Assembly (NCBI GenBank): GCA_039096225.1 | Contig: JBBPEB010000034.1 | Location: 744,001 to 808,000, forward strand | Origin: Blastocystis sp. Blastoise | Lineage: Eukaryota > Protista > Bigyra: Opalinata | Direction of reading: 5' to 3' | DNA length: 64,000 bases | In this document: piece by piece, positions 62,801 through 64,000 of the stretch | How positions within the stretch are numbered: position 1 is the first letter of the stretch | How the letters are laid out: every line of letters starts with the position of its first letter | Program-made: the position numbers and the translations under genes | Notes under the pieces: generated by a model | The model's input: only the letters and a program-made list of their open reading frames with translations | The model's database searches: none | Told to the model about the DNA's origin: nothing

Positions 62801-63724
62801 CAGTATAGGACTCATATTTTTTACGTTTATATTCTCTACATACATCATTATATACTAAGAGAGTATATTCCATCATATATTCATCACTATTTGGATTTAA
62901 TAATAGTGCAGTCTCCTTATAATGCGTATTCACTATATAATAGATTTATTAGTATCAATTCTATATATATATATATACCATTTATTGTTATTTCTTTTAA
63001 AGATGGGAATATATCTTTAATACACAATGGACATATATATTCTAATGGAATATTCGAAGAATAATCATCTATATATATATCATTATTATTCATTATATAA
63101 AATTGATTTACATGTAATATTAATATTAGTAATATTCATCATTTTAAAAAGAAGAGAATAATATAACAATTCGTCTTTACGTTTAGGTGTAAATAATCCT
63201 ATATATATATATATATATATATATACCATTAATAATTATTTTTTTCTCTTCTAAATTGAATAACTCCATAGGTATAGTTGAATCGATATAGTTATCATAA
63301 GATCCATTTATATTATAATTATTGTCTTTCAAATATTCATAGAATAATTCTTTAACATGAAATAATAAATCACTTTGAATTTCATTATGAATGGTAACTG
63401 AATATTCATAAAGTGTTTTATATATATCATAACTATCTTTCAAATCTAATGAATCAATATCATTGTTTTTGTCCATCAAAAAATCAATCACTTTATTCAT
63501 AGGAGAAGAAGGTATATCTATATAATAACTACCATCCTCATATTTATCAGAGTGTTCTATAATATCATAAAAGGGTAATTGTTGATATTTCTCAATAAAT
63601 TCTTTAGAAATCCACAATTTTGTCTCATCTTGGAATGTAAATAAATCTAGAACAACAAATAAATATTTCTCAATAATATTTAAATACATTTATCTTCAGT
63701 TAATTGAAAATCACTTGTTGGCAT
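59848..63724 (-). CDS. Second BTB-like/LRR-like family member, 23 exons, intact
   Basis: MPTSDFQLTEDKYLFTFQDETKLWISKEFIEKY..GSYYIDIPS; 'NIPLEYICP..DIFPSL', 'EGVFD', 'MTTHVFPNV', 'FPKL', 'IPKL'. Splices in frame to ..HVDYEFK*. Confidence 0.78.
61948..62080 (-). repeat. Coding (GAT/AAT)n expansion encoding ~44 Asp/Asn residues
   Basis: In-frame NDDDNDDDNDDD...NNNNND at the end of an exon; absent from the paralogue at 53524. Confidence 0.75.
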
Positions 63725-64000
63725 CACTTGAATTCAACTATAATGACAATGTAATCCAATATTAATATATTTTAAAAAGTATTTTCTTATATATACAATA
63801 AATAAATACTTTAGAAAATGCTATACTCTATTATAAATAGAATAAATCATAGATAAAAGAGCAAACAAAACTTGCAACTTTTTAGAAGAATCTTCATGAA
63901 AATAAATAAAAAATGATTAGAGAATTGCTAAAAGACCGCGAATATATTTTGTAAATTTTATTTTGTTGAATATGTCTCTTTAAGCAATATATGAGCATTT

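Overview
Very AT-rich, gene-dense, intron-rich nuclear DNA from a unicellular eukaryote. The TGTTTGTT motif downstream of genes, the U12-type introns and an expanded BTB-like/LRR-like family suggest a divergent Blastocystis-like stramenopile; this is an inference. By splicing manually I reconstructed about 19 protein genes with roughly 185 introns. They are an amino-acid transporter, CCT5, a PHD/ePHD/PHD-ORC2 fusion, SEC61A, a Zn-ribbon penta-EF-hand protein, a membrane protein, RED/IK, UPRT, a PDI-like protein, a TBC+EF-hand GAP, a low-complexity hypothetical, ZNHIT1, MCAT, a stand-alone PRMT3-type Zn finger, NASP, a C2H2 factor, exportin-5 and two BTB-like/LRR-like paralogues. Most ORF-track entries are exon fragments running into (ATT)n/(AT)n intronic microsatellites. 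Highlights: (1) a GC-rich 9-mer, CCGYGGGAA, occurs 8 times, mostly inside exons in different frames and strands; (2) three AT-AC minor-spliceosome introns; (3) introns with apparent TT/AT donors whose first bases copy the next exon; (4) ORC2 fused to histone-reader fingers; (5) a 142-bp foldback MITE with a 10-bp target-site duplication; (6) a paralogue pair built almost entirely of phase-1 exons.
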